Source: Synechococcales cyanobacterium (GTDB taxonomy: Bacteria; Cyanobacteriota; Cyanobacteriia; Leptolyngbyales; Leptolyngbyaceae). From it: a DNA stretch of 64,000 bases. Both the position numbers and the translations under genes were made by a program. The stretch covers positions 412-64,411 of the forward strand of contig JAYUJY010000174.1 of NCBI GenBank assembly GCA_043764895.1, given 5' to 3'. Positions 29,399-39,307 of the stretch are shown here, piece by piece; positions within the stretch are counted from its first letter, which is position 1; every line of letters begins with the position of its first letter. Below the pieces are notes generated by a model, which was given only the letters and a program-made list of their open reading frames with translations, did not search any database and was not told where the DNA came from.

Positions 29399-29979
29399 GA
29401 TTGAACCCCTTCTAAATCAGTAGAACGTAGCAGGACAAGAGTAGACGTTAGACTGGGTTTCACAATTTCATAAATCCGATTCAGCCGCGTCACCAATTGA
29501 TAGGAACTAGCCTGAGTGTGATTAATCATTGAAGCTGAGACTGAATCTGGGCTTGACTCTGAGCAAAGTGTGCTGTGAATCTCCTGTTGAACAAGGGCTT
29601 CATTCAAGCCTCTAGCGTCAGAATAGGGCACTAATCTGACTCTGACATAATAGGGATCGAGCGAGGTTTGGATTGTATCAACTAGACTTTGAAAATTAGG
29701 ATTTCGATCGCTACTATCAAACTCATCCTGTAACACTCCGATCGTCAAGACTAAGGACGATCGAACCGCAACAGCATACAGCGTAATCGCTAACAATGTC
29801 CCCACTAATGCTTCCGTCAAAGCCACATCCGGCGCACCCAAAACTGAGTAGACCAATGCTGCGATCGCCCCCAAGACACCGCGAATAACGAGTGCATGGT
29901 ATGGATTAGTTTGAAAAACGACCATCATTGCAGCTAAGGGCAATAGCGCGATGATGATATACAAGTAGCTATCGATCAT
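29395..29979 (-). CDS. DUF4040/MrpA C-terminal-like membrane subunit
   Basis: Three N-terminal TM helices (ALLPLAAMMVV..., VLGAIAALVYSVLGAPDVALTEALVG) as in the MbhD/MrpA C-terminal domain. 4-nt overlaps on both sides. Confidence 0.5.
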   Translation of the reverse strand: MIDSYLYIIIALLPLAAMMVVFQTNPYHALVIRGVLGAIAALVYSVLGAPDVALTEALVGTLLAITLYAVAVRSSLVLTIGVLQDEFDSSDRNPNFQSLVDTIQTSLDPYYVRVRLVPYSDARGLNEALVQQEIHSTLCSESSPDSVSASMINHTQASSYQLVTRLNRIYEIVKPSLTSTLVLLRSTDLEGVQS

Positions 29980-30302
29980 GCCTCTTCTCCCGGCTCAAAA
30001 TTGGGGTCAAAATACAGTGCGTCATGCTGCATTTTTACATCATCACTCGAACATGACGCTAATACATATCCCAGCATCGTATTCCAAAGCATTAATGAAA
30101 CGATCGCGAGTAGTAATAGTGGCCATTCCCTGGGTCTTAGAAAGAGCAATCCCACAACAATACTGAGGGATCCGAGTGTATCCGAAACTGAAAGATTGTG
30201 TAACTTAAACAGAACCGATCGATCGCCTAGAAGTGACCACGTTCCCCAAAAACAAAATATTAATCCGATCGTAATCCAAACAGAACTAAGCACCGTAATC
30301 AT
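29976..30302 (-). CDS. Mrp antiporter subunit G-like
   Basis: 108-aa three-TM ORF in the position of mrpG, with ATGA overlaps to its neighbours. Confidence 0.5.
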   Translation of the reverse strand: MITVLSSVWITIGLIFCFWGTWSLLGDRSVLFKLHNLSVSDTLGSLSIVVGLLFLRPREWPLLLLAIVSLMLWNTMLGYVLASCSSDDVKMQHDALYFDPNFEPGEEA

Positions 30303-30574
30303 GATTCACCGACCCGTTTCAAAATATGAGACAACAGCATGAATCCAGCATTTCCCACACTAATCATAATCACCCCACTCACTCCGATCATCCAGTCATC
30401 TCGCAATACTGAAAGCATCAAAACAATAATAGATGACTTTGTAGAAATGCTGGCCATCGATAACATCGTCTGCCAAATATCTTCATTTTTCCAAGCCGCA
30501 TACATGGGAATCAGCAGAGAGAGAGTCATCGCAATCAATGCCATATTTAAGACCATTATCATCACATCTGTCAT
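30299..30574 (-). CDS. Mrp antiporter subunit F-like
   Basis: 91-aa three-TM ORF in the position of mrpF, translationally coupled. Confidence 0.5.
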   Translation of the reverse strand: MTDVMIMVLNMALIAMTLSLLIPMYAAWKNEDIWQTMLSMASISTKSSIIVLMLSVLRDDWMIGVSGVIMISVGNAGFMLLSHILKRVGES

Positions 30575-30972
30575 GGCAATCTCCTGCTCGGTCGAACTTG
30601 GTGAACTTCGTACCAGCCTTCTTCGTGATAGTTCAAGACCGTTGTTTTCGGGGTAAAGGTAATTAAGAAAATATCTAAAAAGACCAGTCCCGGCGATCGT
30701 CTCAACTGAACCCGTTCCATCACAATAGCTTCTTCAGTGTGAGGGTTGAGAATGAGTTCAACCGCTTCCATGTAAGCCTGTGGAATAGCGAGAATGATTT
30801 TCCAAATGCCCTGCAATAGGTCTTTTAAGCGTTCCGGTGAGGCGCTACTTCTAGGAAGTAGAAAGGCAATCAAAAGTCCAATCACGATATTGGCGATCGT
30901 AAAATTAGCCGTCAACAAGAACCAAATAATCAGTCTTAAAACAACATCTCCAATCATACAAATACCATCCAA
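30571..30972 (-). CDS. Mrp antiporter subunit E-like
   Basis: 133-aa ORF with two N-terminal TM helices followed by a soluble part. Lies directly after the MrpD-like gene. Confidence 0.5.
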   Translation of the reverse strand: MDGICMIGDVVLRLIIWFLLTANFTIANIVIGLLIAFLLPRSSASPERLKDLLQGIWKIILAIPQAYMEAVELILNPHTEEAIVMERVQLRRSPGLVFLDIFLITFTPKTTVLNYHEEGWYEVHQVRPSRRLP

Positions 30973-32426
30973 AAGAGTGCAACCAAACTCAAACTCATCA
31001 CCCCAACCAAATGTTCAAACTGTTCCATTACGCGGGGCAACTTAATAGACAGCTTGCGGAAAATAAACCAATAAGCCAGCCAACCTAATCCGATCGTCCC
31101 CACAGATTTCATCATGTTTTCCAGGGTGTAGGCTTGCAGATACAAACCATTGCCCACCACCAAACCACCCAATAGCAGAGCGATCGCTACCCAAAATCCA
31201 GGATTCGCAGGCTTTAGTGCAGCAGCTTTATCTAATTTGGTATCGCCATGAGGTAGAAAGATGAACTTTGCAAATGAAATAGCGGTTCCCAATGCAGCAA
31301 TATTCATGACAATCACTTGCCAAGGAAGCAACTCTTTCATCGTTAAAGCCTTCGTCCCAAACCCTGCGAGTAAGGGCATCCCAGAAATGGAAAGACTAGC
31401 GATCGTCAATGCAATCCAAAGCCGATTATCGATCGATTTCTGTTGCAGTACTTTAAAGTCACGACTAGGAAGATTTCCCACCATTAAGAACAACGCTGAT
31501 TTAACTAAGCCATGAGTCAACGCATAAAATCCACCCACAACAGGAGCCGCCAAAATAAACCCTAACTGTGAAACCGTATGAAACGCCAGCATCCGTTTAG
31601 TGTCTTTTTCAAACACTGCACAGGATACGCCTAGCATGGCTGTTGCCAATCCCAAACACCGCACGATCGGATTGATTTCCTCTAGTAGCAACGCACAGCG
31701 CACTAATGGAAAAATTCCAGCTTTCACAACAATTCCCGACATCAAAGCCGACACAGGCGTTTCTGATTCTGCATGGGTCAACGGCAACCATAACCCCGAA
31801 ACAAAAACGCCTCCTTTTACTAAAAGACCCAAGAAAATCAATGAAACGGCTTCTGTAGGTGCATTCCTGAGACCGATAAAATCAAAAGAATGGTGTGTTT
31901 GGTAAATCAGGATAGCTCCGACCAAATAGAACAACATCGCGACATTACTAACAAATAAATACCGCAATGCAACCCAAAGCGATCGATCGGTTCTAGAGTA
32001 CGCAATCAGCAAAAATGCCGAAATACTAATCACTTCAAGTGCGACATACAAACTAATAAAATCCGAACAGGCAAAGGCCGCATTCAAACTGCCATGTAAA
32101 ATCAAAACTTGAGCATAAAAGAACGTACTCTTGTCCGTGCGCCAGCAATACAAAACAACGGCCATGGTCACTAAGGCATTCGTTAAGATGAAAAATCCAG
32201 CTAAGGGATCTAGAATTAAACTCACCCCAAAATGATCCATCAACCTTAACGTGAGCGGCGCTTGATTAGGGAGCAGCAACAGGCCCGCATAGGCCGCAGA
32301 ACCGATCGTCCCGATTAAGGCTAACGATCGGTCTAATTTTGGAATGAGATAGATAATAAAGCCGATTAAAAATGGAAAGGCAATCCAAATTAACGCCATA
32401 AGATCCATTGTCAAAATATCCTTCAT
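30954..32426 (-). CDS. mrpD: Mrp antiporter subunit D (NuoN/NuoM-like proton-conducting subunit)
   Basis: 490-aa polytopic ORF of about 14 TM segments with NuoM/N-like blocks (FLLIAYSR, LPLTHAESETPVSALMSG, GFGTK). Confidence 0.8.
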   Translation of the reverse strand: MKDILTMDLMALIWIAFPFLIGFIIYLIPKLDRSLALIGTIGSAAYAGLLLLPNQAPLTLRLMDHFGVSLILDPLAGFFILTNALVTMAVVLYCWRTDKSTFFYAQVLILHGSLNAAFACSDFISLYVALEVISISAFLLIAYSRTDRSLWVALRYLFVSNVAMLFYLVGAILIYQTHHSFDFIGLRNAPTEAVSLIFLGLLVKGGVFVSGLWLPLTHAESETPVSALMSGIVVKAGIFPLVRCALLLEEINPIVRCLGLATAMLGVSCAVFEKDTKRMLAFHTVSQLGFILAAPVVGGFYALTHGLVKSALFLMVGNLPSRDFKVLQQKSIDNRLWIALTIASLSISGMPLLAGFGTKALTMKELLPWQVIVMNIAALGTAISFAKFIFLPHGDTKLDKAAALKPANPGFWVAIALLLGGLVVGNGLYLQAYTLENMMKSVGTIGLGWLAYWFIFRKLSIKLPRVMEQFEHLVGVMSLSLVALFWMVFV

Positions 32427-32863
32427 ACCGTACTACTCTTTTCAATTTCATGAGTTTCCAGCGTGGGATTATTACGTGCCAATTTCATGACCCCCACTAA
32501 CATCAATGCCTGAATCGAAAACCCAATTACGATCGCAGTCAGAATCACGGCTTGAGGCACCGGATCAGCGTAAGCGCCCTTTTGTGAGTCTACTAAAATG
32601 GGCGTAAAAAAGCCGATTCGACTGGCAATCACGACATAATACGCAATCACACCCGTGCTCATCACATCCATAGAAATGATCTTCATCACCAAATTTTTTT
32701 TGAACACAATTCCAAAAAAACCACACAAGATTGTGATCAGAACTAATCCTTCGACCCAGTTTTCTAACATATCTTCCTCCCAATAGACGCCGAGACCACT
32801 ATTTAAAATCAAAAAACGATCGCCTCCAAAGATTGGATCAAAATCGTTGTTGAATACCATCAA
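32423..32863 (-). CDS. mrpC: Mrp antiporter subunit C (NuoK-like)
   Basis: Three-TM NuoK-like ORF (PQAVILTAIVIGFSIQALMLV). A shorter start at about 32770 gives the usual length of about 115 aa. Confidence 0.6.
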   Translation of the reverse strand: MMVFNNDFDPIFGGDRFLILNSGLGVYWEEDMLENWVEGLVLITILCGFFGIVFKKNLVMKIISMDVMSTGVIAYYVVIASRIGFFTPILVDSQKGAYADPVPQAVILTAIVIGFSIQALMLVGVMKLARNNPTLETHEIEKSSTV

Positions 32864-33038
32864 GACTATAACTTTAAATCTATGGTTAAGTTAAAGTTTA
32901 TAGCTTTAATATTATGCTTTATTCTGAGTTCAAGACGTCACAAATTACTATAACGATCGGCGTTCTAATCCATTGACTTCACCCAATGTCTCTATCGACA
33001 CAGAGGATTGAAACGAAGTTATGGATCTTATTAAATCC

Positions 33039-33643
33039 TCATTCCTTAGAACGAAGCTTGCGAATGTCATTCTGAACGAAGGCTAGATCCACAAAGTTAT
33101 CGGCCACCGTGATCATCGATTCCTGCATCATCGATCGAACGCCCACCACTTCTAAGCGCACCCCCCGCTGTACAATTTTTTCTAACGCATAGACCAGATC
33201 TACATCCTGACTCACCAAAACCAACACGTTCACTTGATTAGAATGATCGGCAAACTGTAACATATCGATCGCAATTTCAACGCCCATATCGGCATATCGT
33301 GATCCGTCTGCACTGACGGTTAGCTCTTTCTGTATAACACGATAGCCGTTGTTTTCATCCAACGTAAAAAGGAAGATTGCTTGTTATTGCCAGGGCTAAA
33401 TCCCGTGTAGAAATAGGCTCGCAACAAATCTCTTCCCTGCAACAAACAGGGCAGTAGTTTTTCATAATCAACCTCCAAATTCAAGTGGTTAGCAGCCCTG
33501 AACAAACTACCCCCATCCACAAAAATTGCTACACGATCGCCCCAATCAAGCGGGATTCTCTCGCCCTCGCTCAAACTCCAACCCATGCTGTACCTATTTC
33601 CTATCAATCTGATGAAATGCTCAAGTTGTATTGAACATCGCAA
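33039..33643 (-). pseudogene. NYN/LabA-like (DUF88) RNase-domain gene split by a 1-nt frameshift
   Basis: ORF 33320-33643 carries the NYN N-terminal half (VAIFVDGGSLFRAANHL...AYFYTG). ORF 33039-33362 carries the C-terminal half (ADMGVEIAIDML...LVLVSQDVDLVYALE). Adding one T to the T5 run (AAAAA at 33366-33370 on the + strand) fuses them as ...SSFFTLDENNGYRV... Confidence 0.8.
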
Positions 33644-33906
33644 TTAACAAAAGTTAATAAATAAGACGGACCCCTTCAGCGCTAACTTCAGCGTTAAGTC
33701 GGTCGTTTTACAAAACAGATTGTAGAATGGCAAGTGGACTTGTATAAATGTCCAGGAAACGTCAAAATCTGCCCTAGGACAAATGGTCTGGCCAACAGCT
33801 TTGAAGCATTAAAAAGTATGACTGTATCTTACCTAGAAACTCTTCTTGAATGAGCGCTACAATTGTAAAAATATAATTCTTAATACGATTGCTCTAAGAG
33901 GAAACA

Positions 33907-34689
33907 ATGCAGGATGCTTTAGTGCTGGGAGCCAGCCAGGGGATTGGGTTTGGGTTTGTTCAGCATTTCCTAAATCAAGACCCGACCCGTCAGGTTTATG
34001 CCACCTACCGATCGATCGATTCTGCTGCCCCGCTCTTGGCCTTGGCCAACCAGTATAGCGATCGGTTGACCTGCATTAGGCTAGAGATTACCGATGAGGA
34101 CCAAATTATTCAATGTCTCCAACAAGTGGCCACTGGGTTGGCTGCTGGGTTAGCTGCTGGGTCAAGAGTGTCCGATCGGCAGCTCGGCTGGGTGATTAAT
34201 TGCATTGGAATGCTCCATCAAGGCGACCTTCAACCGGAAAAAAGTCTCCGCCAAATCAACACAGAACAGCTCACAACCTATTTCCAAGTCAACAGCATTG
34301 GGTCAATTTTACTCGCCAAGCACCTCGCCCCACTGATCAAAACCACCGATCGCGTTATTTTTGCGACGATTTCGGCCAAAGTCGGCAGTATCACAGACAA
34401 TCAACTGGGCGGCTGGTACGGCTACCGCGCCTCGAAAGCGGCTCTCAACATGTTCATGCGATCGATCGCCATTGAGTACCGCCGGACCTGCAAAGGCGCG
34501 ATCGTCGTCGTCCTCCATCCCGGAACCACCGAAACAGGCTTATCCGAACCCTTTCGCCGAGGCGTCCCTCCGGAGAAACTCTTTTCCATCGATCGATCGG
34601 TTGGCCAGTTGATGCAAGTTATGAACGGTCTCAGCCCTGAGGACAGTGGAGAATTTTTCTCGTGGGATGGAACCCCGTTGCCTTGGTAG
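33907..34689 (+). CDS. Short-chain dehydrogenase/reductase (SDR) family oxidoreductase
   Basis: N-terminal VLGASQGIG Rossmann motif and catalytic YRASKAAL. Contains a 12-bp in-frame tandem repeat (GLAAGLAAG). Confidence 0.85.
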   Translation: MQDALVLGASQGIGFGFVQHFLNQDPTRQVYATYRSIDSAAPLLALANQYSDRLTCIRLEITDEDQIIQCLQQVATGLAAGLAAGSRVSDRQLGWVINCIGMLHQGDLQPEKSLRQINTEQLTTYFQVNSIGSILLAKHLAPLIKTTDRVIFATISAKVGSITDNQLGGWYGYRASKAALNMFMRSIAIEYRRTCKGAIVVVLHPGTTETGLSEPFRRGVPPEKLFSIDRSVGQLMQVMNGLSPEDSGEFFSWDGTPLPW

Positions 34690-34753
34690 TTTAATCGGAG
34701 TCCGATCGCAAAATCTGTCTCAAGTTCATACAGTCATAGCGATCGCGTGAGCT

Positions 34754-37700
34754 ATGATAGTGGGTCAACTGGATAATGTTCGTCAAAAATCGTTAACAAC
34801 CCAGTTGGCTATTCAACCTTCTCCTACCGCTGCAACTGCTATGCCCACTTCCTTATCCATCACGCCTAAACAACGCGAAAAAGCACGGGAACGGTATGCA
34901 GCGTTGGATGCCACCTCTCGGGCTGTGGTACAAATGGCGTCGATTATTTATGAACCCGTTCCCCGCGCAACACTGCTGTCCTGCCTCGACACGATCGGCA
35001 TCAAAAACACTGAACCGATTGCTGAGACACCAAAAACCACACATGCCGCAATAAGAGAAGCAATTGCCAAAAAACGTGGCCACAGCGAGAATGCTCGATC
35101 GTTTACCGCATCCACCTTCAACGACATTTTAATGCCGCTGTTCAAAAACTCGCTGCTCGAAACCAGCATGATGGGCGTCACTTGCGGCGATGCGATCGTG
35201 GAAATTGCGACGCGCGATGCCATTAAATGCGGTCTATTTAAAGAAATGGTGGAGGCGATTCATCACTACATGCCCGTCAAACAGCGTTTCTCTTACGGTG
35301 GGCCGCGTTACTTCAGTAGTGAACGTCAATTCATTCGGGAAATTCGCGTTTCCATTTACAGTCAAGAAGGTGTTGAGGCGATCGAAACGCTGTTCCAAGA
35401 GTACTACGCTTACGGAACTCGGAGCGTGATGCTTTCCGTTAATGGTTGCATTAATCAAATTGCTGATAACCCGTTCGATCGGGAGTGGTTAGAGAGTCTA
35501 GAAGACCTCCAGCTTCAGAAGATCATCCTGTCCAGCGTCTTGTCCAGTTCCATCATGGAACTCAACAACGTGGAAGAGGCGATCGGCTTGCTGCACGACT
35601 ATAGCGAGCAGGATGATGCTGACACGAGCACGCTGCTCACCTACGCCGATCTAATGATTATTCGAGGGGATCTCGATGCGGCTCAATCGGTCATTGCAAA
35701 AATGCCCCAAGCCGCTGAAGAAATCGGCTATCCGTTGAATGGGGCGATCGCCTTTCTCAAGGGCGACAATGATCGTGCGATCGTGCTGTTCCGCGAAACC
35801 CTGGCGTACTTTCGCAAAGTGGTAGGCAAACGGAAAATCTATTTTAGAATGCCGATCGGATTGTTATTTGTATTGGCGCTGATCAAAGAAGGGACATCCG
35901 ACAGTCTCAAAGAAGCGATGGAGTATGTCACGATCGCCCGCAAGGAAAAGATGCCGCTCAGTCCCACCTACGCGATTCTGGACACCTTTCTCCAAATCCA
36001 GCAGGGCACCTTCAGCAAAAAAGCCGCACTCCTAAACGAAGCCCCAGCCCTCAACGGTGACAGTTGGACCATGCTGATCAGCGCCCTCTGCATCTACTGG
36101 AGCGATCGAGATGAGGCTGCAAAATGTCTGCCACCCGGAGTCAAAGACCTCTTCGATCGATCCCGCAGCAATGGATTCTTATGGTTCGCGATGGAGAGCG
36201 CCGAACTGCTTGCCCGCATCACCGAGTCCAGCGACAACCCCGACGAAAGCGAACAGTGGCAAGCCATCGCGGACACCCTTCGAGACGGATCGAGCTACGA
36301 ATCGATTGTGGACCTGATCGCACCCCAAGAAGCCTGGGAACAGAGCCTAGCCGCGCTGACGAACCTCACAGGCATCGTTCCCGCCAGCACCATCAATAAA
36401 GCCTCCAGCCGCATCATCTGGACCCTCACGCCCGCAGGCAAAAGCTACAGCCTCCAGCCGAAAGAACAGAGTCTCAGCGCCAAAGGCACCTGGAACAAAG
36501 GCCGCCCGATCGCCCTTAAACGCCTGCGCGGCACCCCCGATGAGATTCCCGCCCTCACGGCCCAAGATTTGCGCATCGCGACGACCTACATCAAAGCCGA
36601 AACCTACGGCTACTACAACAAGCCCGAATACCTCTGGGCCGACGACGCCATTCTGGGACTGGTCGGCCATCCCCTCGTCTTTTTTGAAGCCAATCCCAGC
36701 ATCGCCATTGAAGTGGTCAAAGGCTTCCCCGAAATCTTAGTCAGCAAAATCAAGGGCGGCAAATTGGCGCTGTCTTTTTCGCCCAAGCTTCCGGTTTACG
36801 ACAATACGATCGTCACGAAAGAAACGCCCACCCGCATCAAAATCATCGAAATCACGCCCGATCATCGCCGCATCAACGAAATCCTAGGCTCCAAAAACAA
36901 ACTCGAAGTCCCTGAATCCGCCAAAGATAAAGTTCTCGAAGCGATCGGCAGTATTTCCAGCCTCGTCACGGTCCAATCCGACATTGGCGGCGGCATGAGT
37001 AACGCCGAAGAAGTCCCTACCATTAGCACGCCTCACGTCCATCTGCTGCCGTCGGGCGAAGGACTACGGCTTTCCATGCTAATTTCGCCCTTTGGCAACG
37101 GCGGCACCTACTATCGTCCCGGCGTCGGCGGTGAAACGGTGATTGCCGAAGTCGAAGGCAAACGTCTTCAAACCACCCGCGATCTTAAAGCTGAAAAGCA
37201 GCTCACCAAGCTCGCCATCACCGCCTGTCCGACGTTAGCCGAATGGGAAGAAATCCAGGGTGAATGGGTAATTGAAACCGCAGAAGCATCACTAGAGTTA
37301 TTGCTGCAACTACGCGCACTGGGCGATCGAGCGATCGTAGAGTGGCCCCAAGGCGAAAAAATGCGCGTGTCCAACAGCGCCGGATTTGATAATCTCCACA
37401 TGAAGCTCAAGAGTCAGAATGAATGGTTCACGGCCAGCGGAGAACTGCGCCTACCCGACGGTTCAGTGATTGAGATGCAGAACCTATTGCGATTGCTCGA
37501 CCAATCCACCGGGCGTTTCATTTCTTTAGGTGATGGTGAATTTGTTGCCCTTACTAACGAGTTCCGCCGCCGCCTTGAAGAACTACGCGACTACTCCGAA
37601 AGCACCCGTGACGGTCTGCGGTTTAACAAACTGACGGCACCGACGATCGAAGACTGGATTGACGATGTAGGAAGCTTAGAATCGGACAAAGCCTGGAAAG

Positions 37701-39145
37701 AACAAATCGCCCGCATCCAAGAACTGCGCGACTACCAACCCGAACTCCCCACCACGCTCCAAGCTGAACTGCGCGATTACCAAGTCGAAGGCTTCACCTG
37801 GCTTGCCCGTCTTGCAAAATGGGGCGTCGGAGCCTGCCTAGCCGATGACATGGGCCTCGGCAAAACGCTGCAAACCCTGGCACTGATGCTCGTTCGTGCG
37901 CCTCAAGGTCCGACCCTAGCTATTGCCCCCACTTCCGTCTGTATGAACTGGCTCAGTGAAGCCCAAAAGTTTGCGCCGACGCTCAATCCCATTCAGTTCG
38001 GCTCTGGCAACCGCCAAAAGGTCTTAGACGAACTTAAGCCGTTTGATCTCGTGGTCTGTAGTTACGGTTTGCTCCAACAGGAAGAAGTCGCTGAAATGCT
38101 AGCCAAAATTCAATGGCAAACTATTGTCCTCGACGAAGCCCAATCCATCAAGAACTTCGCCACCAAACGATCGCAGGCGGCTATGAATCTACAAGGTGAA
38201 TTCAAACTATTAACAACCGGAACGCCCATTGAAAATCACTTAGGTGAACTGTGGAACTTGTTTAGATTTATCAATCCTGGATTACTCGGATCGCTCGATC
38301 AGTTTAACCAACGCTACGCCAACGCGATCGAAAAAGGACTCGATAAAAAAGTACGCGATCGCTTGCGAAAACTTATCCAGCCCTTCATCCTTCGTCGCAC
38401 TAAGACCCAAGTTCTACAAGAGCTTCCGTCCCGTACCGAAATCGTACTGAACGCCGAACTCAGTAAAGAAGAAATGGTTTTCTATGAAGCCCTGCGCCGA
38501 GAAGTCATCGCCAAACTCGAAGAAAGCGACGCCCCCGCCGGACAAAAACACCTGCAAGTTCTTGCTGAAATCATGCGCCTCCGCCGTGCCTGCTGCAACA
38601 CCCAACTGGTCAAACCCGAAATCGCCATTCCCAGCAGCAAACTCGAAGTCTTCGCGAACATCGTCACCGAACTCCTCGACAACAACCACAAAGCCCTCGT
38701 TTTCAGCCAATTCGTCGATCACCTTTCACTCATCCGCGCCTACCTCGACGAACAAGGCATCCACTACCAATACCTCGACGGCAGCACCCCCATGAAGGAC
38801 CGCAAAAAGCGCGTCGATGCGTTCCAAGCGGGAGAAGGCGACATCTTCCTCATCAGTCTTAAAGCAGGCGGAACCGGACTCAACCTCACCGCCGCAGATT
38901 ATGTTATCCACATGGATCCTTGGTGGAACCCTGCCGTGGAAGATCAAGCCTCCGATCGTGCCCACCGCATGGGCCAAAAACGCCCCGTGACCATCTACCG
39001 CATTGTGGCAAAAGACACGATCGAAGAAAAAATTGTCCAACTCCACCAACAAAAACGCGCCCTCGCAGACAGCCTCCTTGAAGGCACCGAAATGAGTGGA
39101 AAAATGAACACCAACGACCTGATCAAGATGATTCAAGAACGATAA
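34754..39145 (+). CDS. Large SNF2-family helicase/ATPase with about 950-aa N-terminal non-helicase region
   Basis: SNF2 motifs LADDMGLGKT (I), VLDEAQSIKN (II), TGTPIEN (III). Helicase_C includes QASDRAHRMGQ (VI). The start may be the downstream ATG near 34841. Confidence 0.9.
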   Translation: MIVGQLDNVRQKSLTTQLAIQPSPTAATAMPTSLSITPKQREKARERYAALDATSRAVVQMASIIYEPVPRATLLSCLDTIGIKNTEPIAETPKTTHAAIREAIAKKRGHSENARSFTASTFNDILMPLFKNSLLETSMMGVTCGDAIVEIATRDAIKCGLFKEMVEAIHHYMPVKQRFSYGGPRYFSSERQFIREIRVSIYSQEGVEAIETLFQEYYAYGTRSVMLSVNGCINQIADNPFDREWLESLEDLQLQKIILSSVLSSSIMELNNVEEAIGLLHDYSEQDDADTSTLLTYADLMIIRGDLDAAQSVIAKMPQAAEEIGYPLNGAIAFLKGDNDRAIVLFRETLAYFRKVVGKRKIYFRMPIGLLFVLALIKEGTSDSLKEAMEYVTIARKEKMPLSPTYAILDTFLQIQQGTFSKKAALLNEAPALNGDSWTMLISALCIYWSDRDEAAKCLPPGVKDLFDRSRSNGFLWFAMESAELLARITESSDNPDESEQWQAIADTLRDGSSYESIVDLIAPQEAWEQSLAALTNLTGIVPASTINKASSRIIWTLTPAGKSYSLQPKEQSLSAKGTWNKGRPIALKRLRGTPDEIPALTAQDLRIATTYIKAETYGYYNKPEYLWADDAILGLVGHPLVFFEANPSIAIEVVKGFPEILVSKIKGGKLALSFSPKLPVYDNTIVTKETPTRIKIIEITPDHRRINEILGSKNKLEVPESAKDKVLEAIGSISSLVTVQSDIGGGMSNAEEVPTISTPHVHLLPSGEGLRLSMLISPFGNGGTYYRPGVGGETVIAEVEGKRLQTTRDLKAEKQLTKLAITACPTLAEWEEIQGEWVIETAEASLELLLQLRALGDRAIVEWPQGEKMRVSNSAGFDNLHMKLKSQNEWFTASGELRLPDGSVIEMQNLLRLLDQSTGRFISLGDGEFVALTNEFRRRLEELRDYSESTRDGLRFNKLTAPTIEDWIDDVGSLESDKAWKEQIARIQELRDYQPELPTTLQAELRDYQVEGFTWLARLAKWGVGACLADDMGLGKTLQTLALMLVRAPQGPTLAIAPTSVCMNWLSEAQKFAPTLNPIQFGSGNRQKVLDELKPFDLVVCSYGLLQQEEVAEMLAKIQWQTIVLDEAQSIKNFATKRSQAAMNLQGEFKLLTTGTPIENHLGELWNLFRFINPGLLGSLDQFNQRYANAIEKGLDKKVRDRLRKLIQPFILRRTKTQVLQELPSRTEIVLNAELSKEEMVFYEALRREVIAKLEESDAPAGQKHLQVLAEIMRLRRACCNTQLVKPEIAIPSSKLEVFANIVTELLDNNHKALVFSQFVDHLSLIRAYLDEQGIHYQYLDGSTPMKDRKKRVDAFQAGEGDIFLISLKAGGTGLNLTAADYVIHMDPWWNPAVEDQASDRAHRMGQKRPVTIYRIVAKDTIEEKIVQLHQQKRALADSLLEGTEMSGKMNTNDLIKMIQER

Positions 39146-39227
39146 TCGATCGGTTTAAGAGCAAGTTTACAAACAACGTTCTTTGAGAATTCTAGAACTG
39201 GGATTAGCGACTGTTAACATTACTGGC

Positions 39228-39285
39228 GAACCTACTGTAAAGTCGATCGCGTCATCGGATGCTCTGACAGTCGGTCGGTTTGTCT
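39228..39285 (+). repeat. Cassette-boundary repeat family R4, partial copy a
   Basis: GAACCTACTGTAAAGTCGATCGCGTCATCGGATGCTCTGACAGTCGGTCGGTTTGTC matches the right half of copies at 40081, 40975 and 41747. Confidence 0.8.
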
Positions 39286-39307
39286 ATTAGATGACTGCTG
39301 AAACGCT

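Noticed and set aside
32975-33014. A single CRISPR-repeat-like sequence ending in ...GAGGATTGAAAC, in the non-coding region between the mrp cluster and the NYN pseudogene
   Set aside because: Only one copy is present. There is no second repeat at spacer distance, no array and no cas genes anywhere in the window. The internal stem (CTCT/AGAG) is very weak. At most it is a decayed orphan repeat.
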